From positions 39,432,001 through 39,496,000 of the forward strand of contig OZ024747.1 of assembly GCA_964016885.1 (NCBI GenBank): a stretch of 64,000 nt of DNA. Direction: 5' to 3'. This document shows, in pieces, positions 48,265 through 59,958 of this stretch. The position numbers were made by a program, and so were the translations under genes. The notes under the pieces were generated by a model. That model made no database searches and was not told where the DNA came from. It saw only the letters and a program-made list of their open reading frames with translations. Every line of letters starts with the position of its first letter. Position 1 is the stretch's first letter. The DNA comes from Eledone cirrhosa. Lineage: Eukaryota.

Positions 48265-50255
48265 CTCTAATTGAATAAATCTTTACCTTCATACGCTTTC
48301 TTCATGTCAGTTGTTTTATTGCAAAAAGAAAATATTTTACCACTAAATACCTGGCTTTCTTGATAACGGTTGTTAAACCAGGTCTAGTTCCTCTCTCCGG
48401 TACAGATTATTTCATATGTATTTGTTAAAAAACATTTAGTATGTGATATAAACGTTAATGCACATATATAATTTGGATGAGTAGTTTCATAAACATTCCA
48501 TAGGTGCTGGTATTAATAACATAATTGTGCGATGGAAGTTGTCAGAGACGAAGCTGGTATCATTTAAGTTTAACAACTTTCTGAGTGTATCACTTGTGCG
48601 TCCACACCAGCTCTTCGACGTCAACGGGTCATCGTTTAAACAGTAGGGAATCACTTCGGCAATATATAAGAAAACACATTCGAAAATGCATGGAAATACC
48701 ATTAATCTAATATATATCAAGACTTGATTCTCAAGGATTTTCTTTTAAATTCATCATACAATAATATGATCATTTGTCATAGGTAGAACATGTTATCTTG
48801 TAAATATTCGCATGTGAATACGCGTCATATTTTTGCGTTTCTTCTCTCCTAAACAAAGAACGTGGGTAATGTTAATGCAGTTTTAGTGTTGATAAAAACG
48901 TGAATTAAACGTGTGTTTGTGTGCGTGTGCTTTACAGAAAGAGGACGAGAGATTATCCGTGCATGCATCTACGAAAATGTACTGACCCTTAATGCCAGCG
49001 TCAGCTTGTAATTGTGATATTTTGTGTATTGCGGTTAGTCTGTGGGAAGGTTTGAAAATATTTTTCTACAACGTATGGACACGAAATTCCTTACGGAGAC
49101 GCAGGGGCACCCTTATGGCATTTATCGTTGGCAGAGCCAATCTTTTCTCCAAGCCTGAGAGCAGCCGATTTCTTCCAGAGGGGAGAGATTAAGGAAGTAA
49201 GTTGACATCGGCTTGATTTCAACTGAGAGAGCATTGGAGGAGAGGACGACTACAACTAATCTACCTATTCAGAAAGTATAGAATACTCGATCACATCATA
49301 AATCGCTTTGAAAATCAAGGTGCGTTTAATGTTTTCTAACCGTATCATTTGTATAAAGGAAATCATGGATACATTAATACATCCAAAATGAAATGCGTTT
49401 GGAGTTTTGTCTTCAGCTTTCACCTCTTACTGATAAAGGTGATTTAATGACGGAAATGTATCTAATGATTTATGGCATTAAACTTATAAATCAATAACAG
49501 CGATGCAGTTCCTACAATATTTTGTAGCGGAGACTGGCGTCTATGACTAAGGAAACATTTATTATATAAACAATGTCTAGTTAAATAATCAAACAAATAT
49601 CGTTATCACGTTATGGTTTGGGACCAAACAAACCGGAGTCACAACGCGATTTTTAATCGTAGTTCTTATTTTTTTACATCACAACACACTTTATTTACCT
49701 TTATATATTCTGCTTGGGGGAAGATTCGTGAGGGTGTATTGTACATTATTATTAGTTTTTGAATGAATAACATAGTACATTTGATTTTTACAACGATTTC
49801 ATTTTTTGTACGATCCAGAAAAAATAGCTGGTGACGAATAAATAACGTATTTTCTATGTAGAGGAATAATATGTTAGTATATGTGTATGAGTGTATTCTT
49901 CCAATCAATAAGTAGGCATACGTAGGCGAAAATCTTAAGAAACCAGGATGGGAAGGTTAATAACATGTCCACAAGTAATATTGTTGTCATAATTTTCTCA
50001 TCGTATGTCAAATAAACTTTCAACCTATAATAATATTATTTAGATTTTAAAAAAACTGTTAACGACTAAATGTTTTCATCTACAATAACATCTTTTCACC
50101 ATTAAGAATATTTAATGAGAGAAGTCTCACTAGGTAGAGGTGCCTTTAAATATATTATACATACATGTGATTCCTGAGAGATGTCTGGGAGTAGCCACAG
50201 TTGAAAGGCTACTCAATACGTTGGAGGAGTATGGGCATCTTTATTATATATAGAA

Positions 50256-50355
50256 ATTACTTCTACAGGACTAGAAAGTTTTCATTCGTATGAAATCATC
50301 TGGAATATCCTGATGATTTCATAGGAATGAACAGTTCTAGTCTCGTAAAAGTCAT
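50256..50355. repeat. Head-to-head inverted pair of decayed HHRs (same family as 59850-59902)
   Basis: tacaggactagaaagttttcattcgtatgaaatcatctgga / tcctgatgatttcataggaatgaacagttctagtctcgta. Confidence 0.7.
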
Positions 50356-50439
50356 TTATACACACACACACCTACACACACACACACCAACACACACACT
50401 CTCTCACACACACACACACACACACACGCGCACGTCTAA

Positions 50440-50711
50440 AGTCTGTTTTAAGCCAGAAGGCTCATTTGTTCGGTGCTTATTCTGGTTTCATGGCGTGAAG
50501 TGGCTGAGAGCACAAGAGTTCCCCCTCGACAGGACGTCAGTCCATCGCAGGGTTAAACCCCCAGCTATTGCCGGTACTCATGTTCGGCTGAGTATACAGG
50601 AGCAACATGAAAGAAGTGTTTTGCTCAAGAAGACAACACGCAACCCAGGAATCGAACCCACGACCTTATGATCTTAAGTCCAACACCCTTAACACTAGGC
50701 CACGTACCTCA
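50440..50711 (-). mobile_element. tRNA-derived SINE
   Basis: Minus head gaggtacgtggcctagtgttaagg (A box) and ggttcgattcc (B box); core shared with 58690-58841. Confidence 0.8.
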
Positions 50712-50713
50712 TT

Positions 50714-50814
<101 letters not shown>

Positions 50815-51303
50815 ACACACACATATATATATATATAACAGAAGGAAAGGAGAATGCGTGGTATGAATAGAACAAGAACCTGCTAGAAATGGCAGCTTAT
50901 AACCATTCAATTTATAGTGCTCTACAGCAGAAAGCGCATGGAGCAAATATGAAGTAAAGTAACGATCTATTCATACTACTAGGCACTGCCTCACGCATTT
51001 TCTTTCGATTTACACGTGCTACCGGTCAGTTACTTTAGGTCTCCTTAATAGTGCGGACAATATCGGCCTAAGTATATGCTTATGATCCACAAGGCTAAAT
51101 TTGACCCTCTAATTTCATGGTGAAATACTCTCCTAGTTATTTAGTATATGAGTGACTTAATTATGAGATTGGATTTTCATTTTAATTCATCTTTTTACTT
51201 ATAATGTATGTCCTACACCTCCCCTAGCCTAAATTTCCCTCGCGCTAGTGGCTTTATAAATCCTGTAAATGAAATCACACTCCCCTGTGTTTTTCCTCTC
51301 TGT

Positions 51304-51368
<65 letters not shown>

Positions 51369-51407
51369 AGTAAGAATATTTTCGAAACCGCTAGCGGGTT
51401 TGAAATT

Positions 51408-51617
51408 ATTATAAATAAAAGCTATCGCCATATTTTGACTAAAGAAATTAAAGAAATTATTTACCCTGATAGCGGGGTTAAGAACCCTCGGAGAAATGGA
51501 AAAAGATGAGTATTGACATCTTTTTCCATTTCTCCGAGGGTTCTTAACCCCACTATCAGGGTAAATAATTTCTTTAATTTCTTTAGTCAAAATACAGCGA
51601 TAGCTTACATTTATAAT
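51408..51617. repeat. About 210-bp near-perfect palindrome (about 100-bp arms, 8-nt loop)
   Basis: Centre aaaagatg-agtattga-catctttt at 51501-51524. Confidence 0.93.
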
Positions 51618-51631
51618 ATATATATATATAT

Positions 51632-52824
51632 ATATAAGTATGTACACGTACATATATATATATGTATACAGACGTACAGTAGTATGTATATATATACATA
51701 CATGCACACATATATATATGTACGTATGGATTTACCTAGCATTTCTTATAATGCTCGGTTTGTTTGTAAACAAACATCCAGAATTAAGCCGTCAGTGTTT
51801 AGCAATCATCGTTGTCCTTTTGTTAAACACTGACAAAGGAACAATGTACTAGTTTCAAGCTTATTACCTATCGTCAGCACCGTATACCTTGCTGCCAGAT
51901 GATTGAACGTCTGAAAGTATATACTTTCCTTATGCATATTAACGGCTGAGCAGCCTAATTTGCATATCGAGTGAGTTAATCGGCCGGGCGCACAGAAAAT
52001 GATAAATGGAGAAAATGAAACGAAATTTCATTTCTCACTCTTAGTACGGCTGTTACTTAAATATAAGTATGTACACCTACATACATATATATATATACAG
52101 ACGTACAGTAGTATGTATATATATATACATACATGCACACATATATATATATATGTACGATGGTTGCTAAACATTGTACGGCTTAATTCGGGATGTTTGT
52201 TTACAAACAAACCGAGCATTATAATAAATGCTCGGTAAATCCATACTTACATATATATGTGTGCATGTATGTATATATATACATACTACTGTACGTCTGT
52301 ATACATATATGTATGTAATTGTACATACTTATATTTAAGTAACAGCCGTACTAAGAGTGAGAAATGAAATTTCGTTTCATTTTTTCCATTTATCGTTTTC
52401 GGTACGCCCGGCCGATTAACTCAGTCGATATGCAAATTAGGCTGCTCAGCCGTTAATATGCATAAGGAAAGTATATACTTTCAGACGTTCAACCATCTCG
52501 CAGGAAGGTATACGGTGCTGACGATAGCTAATAAGCTTGAAACTAGTACATCGTTCCTTTGTCAGTGTTGAACAAAGGGCGATGATGGTGGCTAAACACT
52601 GTACGGCTTAATTCGGGATGTTTGTTTACAAACAAACCGAGCATAATAATAAATGCTCGGTAAATCCATACGTACATATATATATATGTGTGTGCATGTA
52701 TGTATATATATACATACTACTGTACGTTTGTATACATATATGTATGTACGTGTACATATTTATATTTAAGTAACAGCCGTACTAAGAGTGAGAAATGAAA
52801 TTTCGTTTCATTTTTTCCATTTAT
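51632..52824 (+). repeat. Family B HHR repeat: inverted about 1.2 units (51632-52157) plus about 1.6 direct units (52158-52824, period about 425 bp)
   Basis: HHR 51841-51883 (-) and 52512-52554 (+): acggtg CTGACGA tagctaataagctt GAAA ctag TA catcgt; matches 34342-34884. Confidence 0.9.
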
Positions 52825-52836
52825 ATATATATATAT

Positions 52837-55800
52837 AATTTGTGGTCTTGTTTTGCTTAACTAATGAATATTCCCAGCTCTGCGCGCCTAACTTCTGCTT
52901 GAACCCAGCCACTTAGCTGCTTTCTACTGCATATTGCAAATTGAGCACATGCCTTTACGTTTTGGCTTCTAACTAATTCACCAATCTCTCCTCTACTATC
53001 TCCATCTCTCTCTTTAAGATTGGTTACTCTTGAACTGTGTATACTTGAGCTCCCATAGTTGAGCTACTTACTGTTAGAAGTCACCATGTTGAGCAAGCAG
53101 GAACGCAGGATCTCACTTAAGTCCATACCTATCCCAGACAGGAAGACATACCTCAAACTCCTAATACAGAGTGTCAACTCTTTCATCCGAAGAATAAGAT
53201 GGAGGAAAGCCTTCCTCTTCAACCGTGAGGCTGCTGCTGACGCCGGAAGTACAGCAAACAGATATGGATTTACAACCTGCAAGAACCCCGCACACAACAT
53301 CCTGCTGGACCCTTTTGAGAAAGATCTATTCAACTTCGTCAGGAGCATTAAATTCAAAAAGCATTATAGACACAAGAATAATTTCCTCACTAAATTAGCA
53401 ACAACTATAAAATAATTTAAAGATAGCCACCTCTTACACGTTATGTCTGACAAAACTAAAAATCTATGCACCATGACTCCTGAAACTTACAACTCTTTCC
53501 TTCTTAAGGAACTTGATAAAAGCTATAAAAAAAACTATGCCCTCCAGTGTAAACGTACTTAACCAAAAAGCCCAAGTTTTGGTTAAGGACTTGCATCTGG
53601 ATAGATTTACCCACCCTTATGTACCAACAACCCCAAGGTTCTCTCTCAAGGATCATAAGCCAAACTTTATTAGACTTATAAGCCCAACGACATCCGACCT
53701 GGGTCGTATCAGTAAGAACATCCTTGATAGGATCATCCCGGGGCTACGGGATGTTATCACCTACAAGTTGTGGTCCAACACCGGCCAAGTCATTAGATGG
53801 TCCTCCGATCTAAAGTCCAAGAAATCTATGAGGTTCAGCCAATTTGACATCGACAGCCATTACGCTTCAATAACCCCGGAACTGCTCAACAAAGCATTAA
53901 CCCTAGCTAGCACCAACTCGGACATAACCAATAATGAGATTGACATCATACTTATGGCTAGGCAGACCATCATTTAATTCAACTGAGCACTCTGGACTAG
54001 AAAAGACAGAACAAACAACTTTGACATCACGATGGGCTCAAATGACTGCGCAAATCACCGATTTAGTTGGAATTTACCTATTACATAACATCAGAGCCGA
54101 AATCCAACTCTTGCAAGGCGGAATATACAGGGACGACGCCCTATTTGCAGTCAACAATTGCACTAATCGGGGCATTGATTTGCTAAAAAATCAATTACAT
54201 AGATTCTTTAAAAATAACGGTCTCTCTATCACCATCGAGCCGAACCATAAAGTAGTAAACTTCCTAGACGTCACCCTGGATCTCAACCATAACATATATT
54301 ACACTTACCATAAACCAGGTGAAATACTCACATATATTAGCCCACACTCTAACCACCCACCGGCAGTCATCAGAGCAGTAATCAAATCTATCTTGTATAG
54401 GATCTCCATGCTGTCAGCAAATGAGGAGATATTTATAAACCATACACAATATTATAATAAGGCTCTTTCTGAATCTGGTTATGAACAATCCATTTACTAC
54501 ATACCTAAATTCCATAACACAGCAATTCACCATAATAAACTTAACACTAGAACTAGAAATACCTTAGCATATAGCCAGATTCGCCGGAATTTTAACAGTT
54601 ACAGCACCTATACATGGAACTTTAATGGTAGCAGCGGCCTGCTCCCCACTCCAAGTAGCAAACTAAAAATCAACCCTAGAATAGGAATGACAAATGGGAT
54701 GACAAATAACAAATCCTCAGGCCCCTATCAACCCCACTAGAACCCCTAGAAGGAATAGGCTTGGAAATATCACCTGGCTTAACCCCCCATTCTCATCTAA
54801 TCTAGCCACTAATATCCCTAAACGTTTCTTCTGTATCCTATCTAAACATTCCCCCCAACCATAGCTATTACAAACTCTTTGATAAAAGTAACATTAAAAT
54901 CTCTTTCTCCGCAACACCTAACCTAGCTAGCCACATCACATTCAGTAACCATCATAAACTAAGACAGTATAACTCCCACACCACGGTACCACCACTCCTA
55001 TCAAATACACCACGCCACTACACCAATACTTACTATAGTAGCACACCTCCCCCATCTAATCCTTCTAACACTGACCAACCGCTTAGGTTAAACTACCTAC
55101 TCTCACTAACTGCAGAAGCAACTGCAACTGCCGTTACCCTAATGCATGCCCACTAAATAGACACTGCCTGACACCCAACATAGTCTATAGGTGCACGGTT
55201 AAAACTGCTTCGAATACCAGCTCCTATATGGGGTCTACCTCTAACCCTTTTAAAGTACGCTATAACGCGCACTCTTTTTCCTTCCGAGACCCTAACAACA
55301 GATGTTCGACATCTCTAGCTAGGCTCATTAAAAACCTTGAATTAACCAACATTGAACACTCACTAACATGGGATATCTTAGCTAGGGCCCAACCGTTCAA
55401 TGGACGAAGAAAATCTTGTGATCTCTGTATTACCGAAGCATATTACATAACTCTGTCAGGACCTCTACCGATTAACGATAGAACGGAGGTAACTATTAGC
55501 TGTCAACATCGAAGGGCTTTTACTTCGCTAACAGAATATTTGACCCAACATAGTCATCTAGCCCCATTTTTACTTATAGCTAATAAGTTAAATAGTTATA
55601 ACTAACTTAGTTAATTATAAGTTACCTCCCCTACATTGTCTCTCAATTAAAAAATTTAAAAATTAGCACTTACCTATAAACTACCCACAATGTCTAATCT
55701 CTCGAGGAGTTTCTTCCCCTGACACCACCCTCTAATTAGTAAGGTAAACATGTCGATTGGGGGCCATCTTGTTACACATAGGCAGATCTCACTCAATGCA

Positions 55801-56177
55801 CCCTCGACTGAATACTGCTTGATTATGGCTGACAATTTATACACCCAGGACACCATAGTGAAATATCAATATATGGAACATTACATTATGTTACATTCTC
55901 TCCTTATTTTAATTTATTTTCCATTGAAGTTCCGATGAGCCGCTCTGTTTTTAAATATGTTAATTATTTTCAACTGAACCAGATCAATAATGATATATAG
56001 TCATTTGATCCAGAAATATTATATGGAGTAGCGAAACGATTGTAAACGGACATTATTATTATTAATATTATTATTATTATTATTATTCTCTACATTCCTT
56101 ACATCAAACTAAAATATGTTGACAATCTTTTAATAATGTCTTCCTTGTGAAATTTGTGGTCTTGTTTTGCTTAACTA

Positions 56178-56179
<2 letters not shown>
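52837..56179 (+). mobile_element. Full-unit Naiad-type PLE bounded by a 29-bp direct repeat
   Basis: aatttgtggtcttgttttgcttaactaat at 52837 and 56151; S.KSIPIP..Y..FIRRIRW, SDKTKNL, LKDHKPNF, QFDIDSHYASI, GGIYRDD, NFLDVTLDL, SNHPP, CNCR..CPL..CL, YMGST..FKVRYNAH..CDLC..SCQH; frameshifted. Confidence 0.92.
55929..56047 (+). ncRNA. Hammerhead (U4C core, long loop II) at the 3' end of the Naiad-type PLE
   Basis: gtt CCGATGA gccgctct...ggagtagc GAAA cgattg TA aac. Confidence 0.6.
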
Positions 56180-56247
<68 letters not shown>

Positions 56248-56249
<2 letters not shown>

Positions 56250-56955
56250 GAATATGCAAGAGGAACAAGAAAATGCACGCTCTGCATTAATGAAAAATAT
56301 TGGATTTTGCAAAACATTAAATCACCAAAGACCTGCCTAAACACAAAACAAAAATGTTCACCAGTTGCCCACATATGAAATCACACTTGCTTTCCAGCTC
56401 ATATAAACTTAACACACTTTCAGATACTTATCCTCCATAAGCTCTTATTCTTCACTTAAATTACTCTCTTTAAAGACTACCATTTCTGATTTACTTTCAT
56501 TTTTAACCTTATTATTAATTTTATTTTTTATTTTATTTTTACTTCACATCCACCACTACTCCCCCCCCCCTATATTCTCCGATTCACTTACCTAATATCT
56601 TCACTTTCCACTTTTTACTTCCCTATTTTTATCACTACCTGATTATACTAGTCACTTGCGTTTTCCACTCCAGATATTTTCTGTTATTTCGCAGCCAATT
56701 TTATATTTTTATATTTGTACTCACTTATTCATAAGGCTGTTTTTTACCCTGTATCTATGTGTCTGAGCGTCTTTATGTGTGTATACTTTCTATATATGTA
56801 CACGAAGGCCTCCGTATGTGTGCGCGCGTGCGTGTATATATATATGTGTATGAATGTGTGTTTTTATATCTGTGTTTTTACATCTATGTTTTTTGTTGTT
56901 TTTTACTTTCTTATTTTTATGTGTGCATGTAAGCGGGTCAATGTACGTGAGTGTA

Positions 56956-56991
<36 letters not shown>

Positions 56992-57931
56992 TACTGCTTG
57001 TATAGATATGTATGTGTGCGTATGTATATATATATTTATATTTATATGTGTGTATATGTGTATGTGTATGCAGTCGCGTACGTACGTGTTATTAGATATA
57101 CATGGGGCGATGTGTATGTATATATATATATGTGCATCCTGTGTGTATATGTACGCTTGCATACGCTTTTGTCTGCACGTATTGCGTGTATATATATATT
57201 TTTTTTTTTATAGATATATGTTTCTTATAGATATATGTGTATGTACGCGTGTACCTTGTTTGTTTTCTTTTCTTTACTTTGCAATTTTTTCTTTCTAAAT
57301 TATTGTTCCATTTTTTATAAATATATCGAGAATGACACTTTCTTTTAACTATTACACTCCCATACCTCTTTTTCTTCCGCATATAAGTGTACGCGCGTAT
57401 GTGTGTGATCATACGCGTGCCTTCATATTCTTATAATGTATCTAATACCCTGTTTTCTGTATACCTGTCAACCAGACACTCATATTATGTCTGTGTTTGT
57501 GGTTACATATACACAGATATACTTGCCCTCATACATATATTTACGCACACATTTTCACTATACACACGCATTTGTACATACATACATATGTACATCTGTG
57601 AGTGTATATACATACATATACAGACACCTAACTATATTTCCTTAAACATTTTTTATATATTTTATATGTCTATTGCATTACCTTTATTTATATATATATA
57701 ATTTTTTTTTCGCATTTCTTGAGGAGACTTTCCAAATATTTCACTATGTTTTATATTGCCTCGTCCGACGAACGAATGAAGACGTTTCTTTCGTATTCGT
57801 CTTATTCGGGAAAACTTTGGTAATGAGGTAATTATATTGTATTGTTTTTATACATTCAATTTTGCTCTGGTACTTACATAGAGCACTCTTCCCTCCTATG
57901 ACTTTTTCAATTTTCAACGGAAACTTCAATA

Positions 57932-57935
<4 letters not shown>
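56248..57935 (+). mobile_element. 3' fragment of a Naiad-type PLE (C-terminus, long 3' region, HHR at 57755-57832)
   Basis: EYARGTRKCTLCINEKYWIL...LNTK..FTSCPH; attgcctcgt CCGACGA acgaatgaagacg..cgtcttattcgg GAAA actttgg TA atgaggtaat. Confidence 0.72.
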
Positions 57936-57964
<29 letters not shown>

Positions 57965-57966
<2 letters not shown>

Positions 57967-58485
57967 TTATAGAATTTTTTTCGGAATGCATTTTGACTGC
58001 TGTTTCCTGTAAACAGACATTCGTCTCATTCTGACGTCACCAGCCATGTCTCTCCATGTACGTTTATTTTCATATTTACGCATGAGTTGAGCTAGCCTGC
58101 TTTTAAATTCCCTTTTTGGCATATTCTGGCAGTGGCTTAGGGTTATCGTGTTGAGCTCTACTGATGAATGACTCCAACCGTGACCATCCCCACTGAAAGT
58201 TTCGTGAAATAGTCTTTTTAAGATAAAATAGAGCATTTGAAGTTTTTCAAAATTGAAGAATGAGTATTTAAACTTTATTTTATTCAGAGTTAAGGCTCTA
58301 TTGATTTTTCTCTGGATTTCACAAAATTCTATGGATAAATCTATGTCTTGAATTTTTTTAATTGAGTTTGAATTATTTTCCCACATCTTACGTTAATTAT
58401 TTTCCATATTGACGTTATAGTCAATATATATTAAGAAATACTATTGGTTTACGCTCACAATAATTTCTATACTTTCATTCATTTA
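57965..58485 (-). repeat. Unclassified interspersed repeat, copy 2 (see 17750-18360)
   Basis: Colinear with copy 1; carries the 139-aa track ORF, which has no recognisable motif. Confidence 0.8.
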
Positions 58486-58504
58486 TATATATATATATAT
58501 ATAT

Positions 58505-58841
58505 ATCATCATCATCATCATCATCATTTTACGTCCGCTTTTTCCCTGCTTGCAAGGGTGGGACGGGAACTGATGCTGGCTTGATTTCTACAGCTGGATG
58601 CCCTTCCTAACACCAACCTCATTTACAGTGAGTGCTGGGAGTTTTTTTGCCGTGGCACCGCCACGACCACTTGTCAGTGGAATGATAGGGACCCCAGTCG
58701 CATTTTTACAGCTGAGTAAACTGGAGCAATGTGAAATAAAGTGTCTTGCTCAAGGAAACAACACATCACCCGGTCTGAGAATTGAACTCACAACCTTTCG
58801 ATTGCAAGGCCAATGCTCTAACCACTAAGCCATGTGCCTCC
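58505..58841 (-). mobile_element. tRNA-derived SINE with (GAT)n tail
   Basis: Minus head ggaggcacatggcttagtggttagagc..gagttcaattc; tail ggttggtgttaggaagggcatccagctgtagaaa..ggacgtaaaatgatgatgat. Confidence 0.85.
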
Positions 58842-58861
58842 ATATATATATATATACATAT

Positions 58862-59290
58862 AAATATGTTACTCTTGATTTGGCCAGAGGTATTTATTTC
58901 CAGGTACCTTATAAAGGTGACTTTCCGTATTTGTTACTTTTGTGTGATATGGAGGTTTTTTGGTTGTCACTTCTCTGTTATTAGCCTAAGAAAATATATA
59001 TATGCGTGTGTAAATAATTACATGCATACATTTATTTATTTATTTTAATTAATTGAGTTCTTAACACGATGAATTGATAATAGTTTTAAATAACTAATTA
59101 ACCCGCGTGTATTAAATATTTTACTCTTAATTTGGCCAGAGATTTACATTCCCAATTGCCTTTAAAGCGTAACCTTCCGTATTTGCTGCGGTGATGGAAT
59201 GCGGTTTCTTATTTTGGTATCACTTCTGTTTTTAGCCTAAGAAAATATCTATATGCGTGTGAAAAAACTAATTAACCCGAGTGTATATTA
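58862..59290. repeat. Diverged tandem duplication (about 255-bp period)
   Basis: ttactctt.atttggccagag...ttccgtatttg..tcacttct..ttagcctaagaaaatat.tatatgcgtgtg occurs twice. Confidence 0.75.
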
Positions 59291-59782
59291 TTTTTTTCTA
59301 TTCTCGTGTATTGTGGTTGTCTCCCCTTCCCGCTTCGTGACGCTATGAAACTTCCTCAGTCAAAACAATGCTAGAATTTCAAATTTGGCGGTCATTCCAT
59401 GCGTGAGGGAGCAGCTTAGCAGACACGATTTTTAACTGCGGTAAGAAAATTTGTTCTTATATCAAAGTTTAATGTACTTCCACTGAAGATTTATAAGTGC
59501 CGACCTAAATATATTCTTAAATGAATATATGTTAGGCTTCTACATGAACTGGAAACATTCTCCCAATTTGTAGAAAACTTATAATGAAACAATTGTTTGG
59601 AAAGAGAGATATATTTTAACTTTAATTATATCTCATAAAATAATACAACTGGCTTTCGACAAAATACATATAGTTAGCACCCCAAACACTTAAATTGGGT
59701 TATACTAACATATAACCTAATGTTTGTTGAGTGAGATGGTTACCAGTCGGAGTTTAGCGTTAAGCTATCTCTGTTATTGTAC

Positions 59783-59848
<66 letters not shown>

Positions 59849-59849
59849 T

Positions 59850-59898
59850 GAGATTCTACAGGACTAGAACTGTTTCATTCATTAGAAATCATCAGGAA

Positions 59899-59902
<4 letters not shown>
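59850..59902 (-). ncRNA. Solo 53-nt hammerhead ribozyme between microsatellites
   Basis: Minus: gagattc CTGATGA tttc taat gaat GAAA cagttctagtcctg TA gaatctc. Confidence 0.8.
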
Positions 59903-59934
<32 letters not shown>

Positions 59935-59958
59935 ATCAGGAATCTATATATATATATT

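Noticed and set aside
48487-48720. 77-aa minus ORF as a host exon
   Set aside because: No recognisable motif or convincing splice sites; non-ATG start
50640-50711. tRNA gene
   Set aside because: A and B boxes are present but continue into a SINE body also seen at 58505-58841; no full cloverleaf
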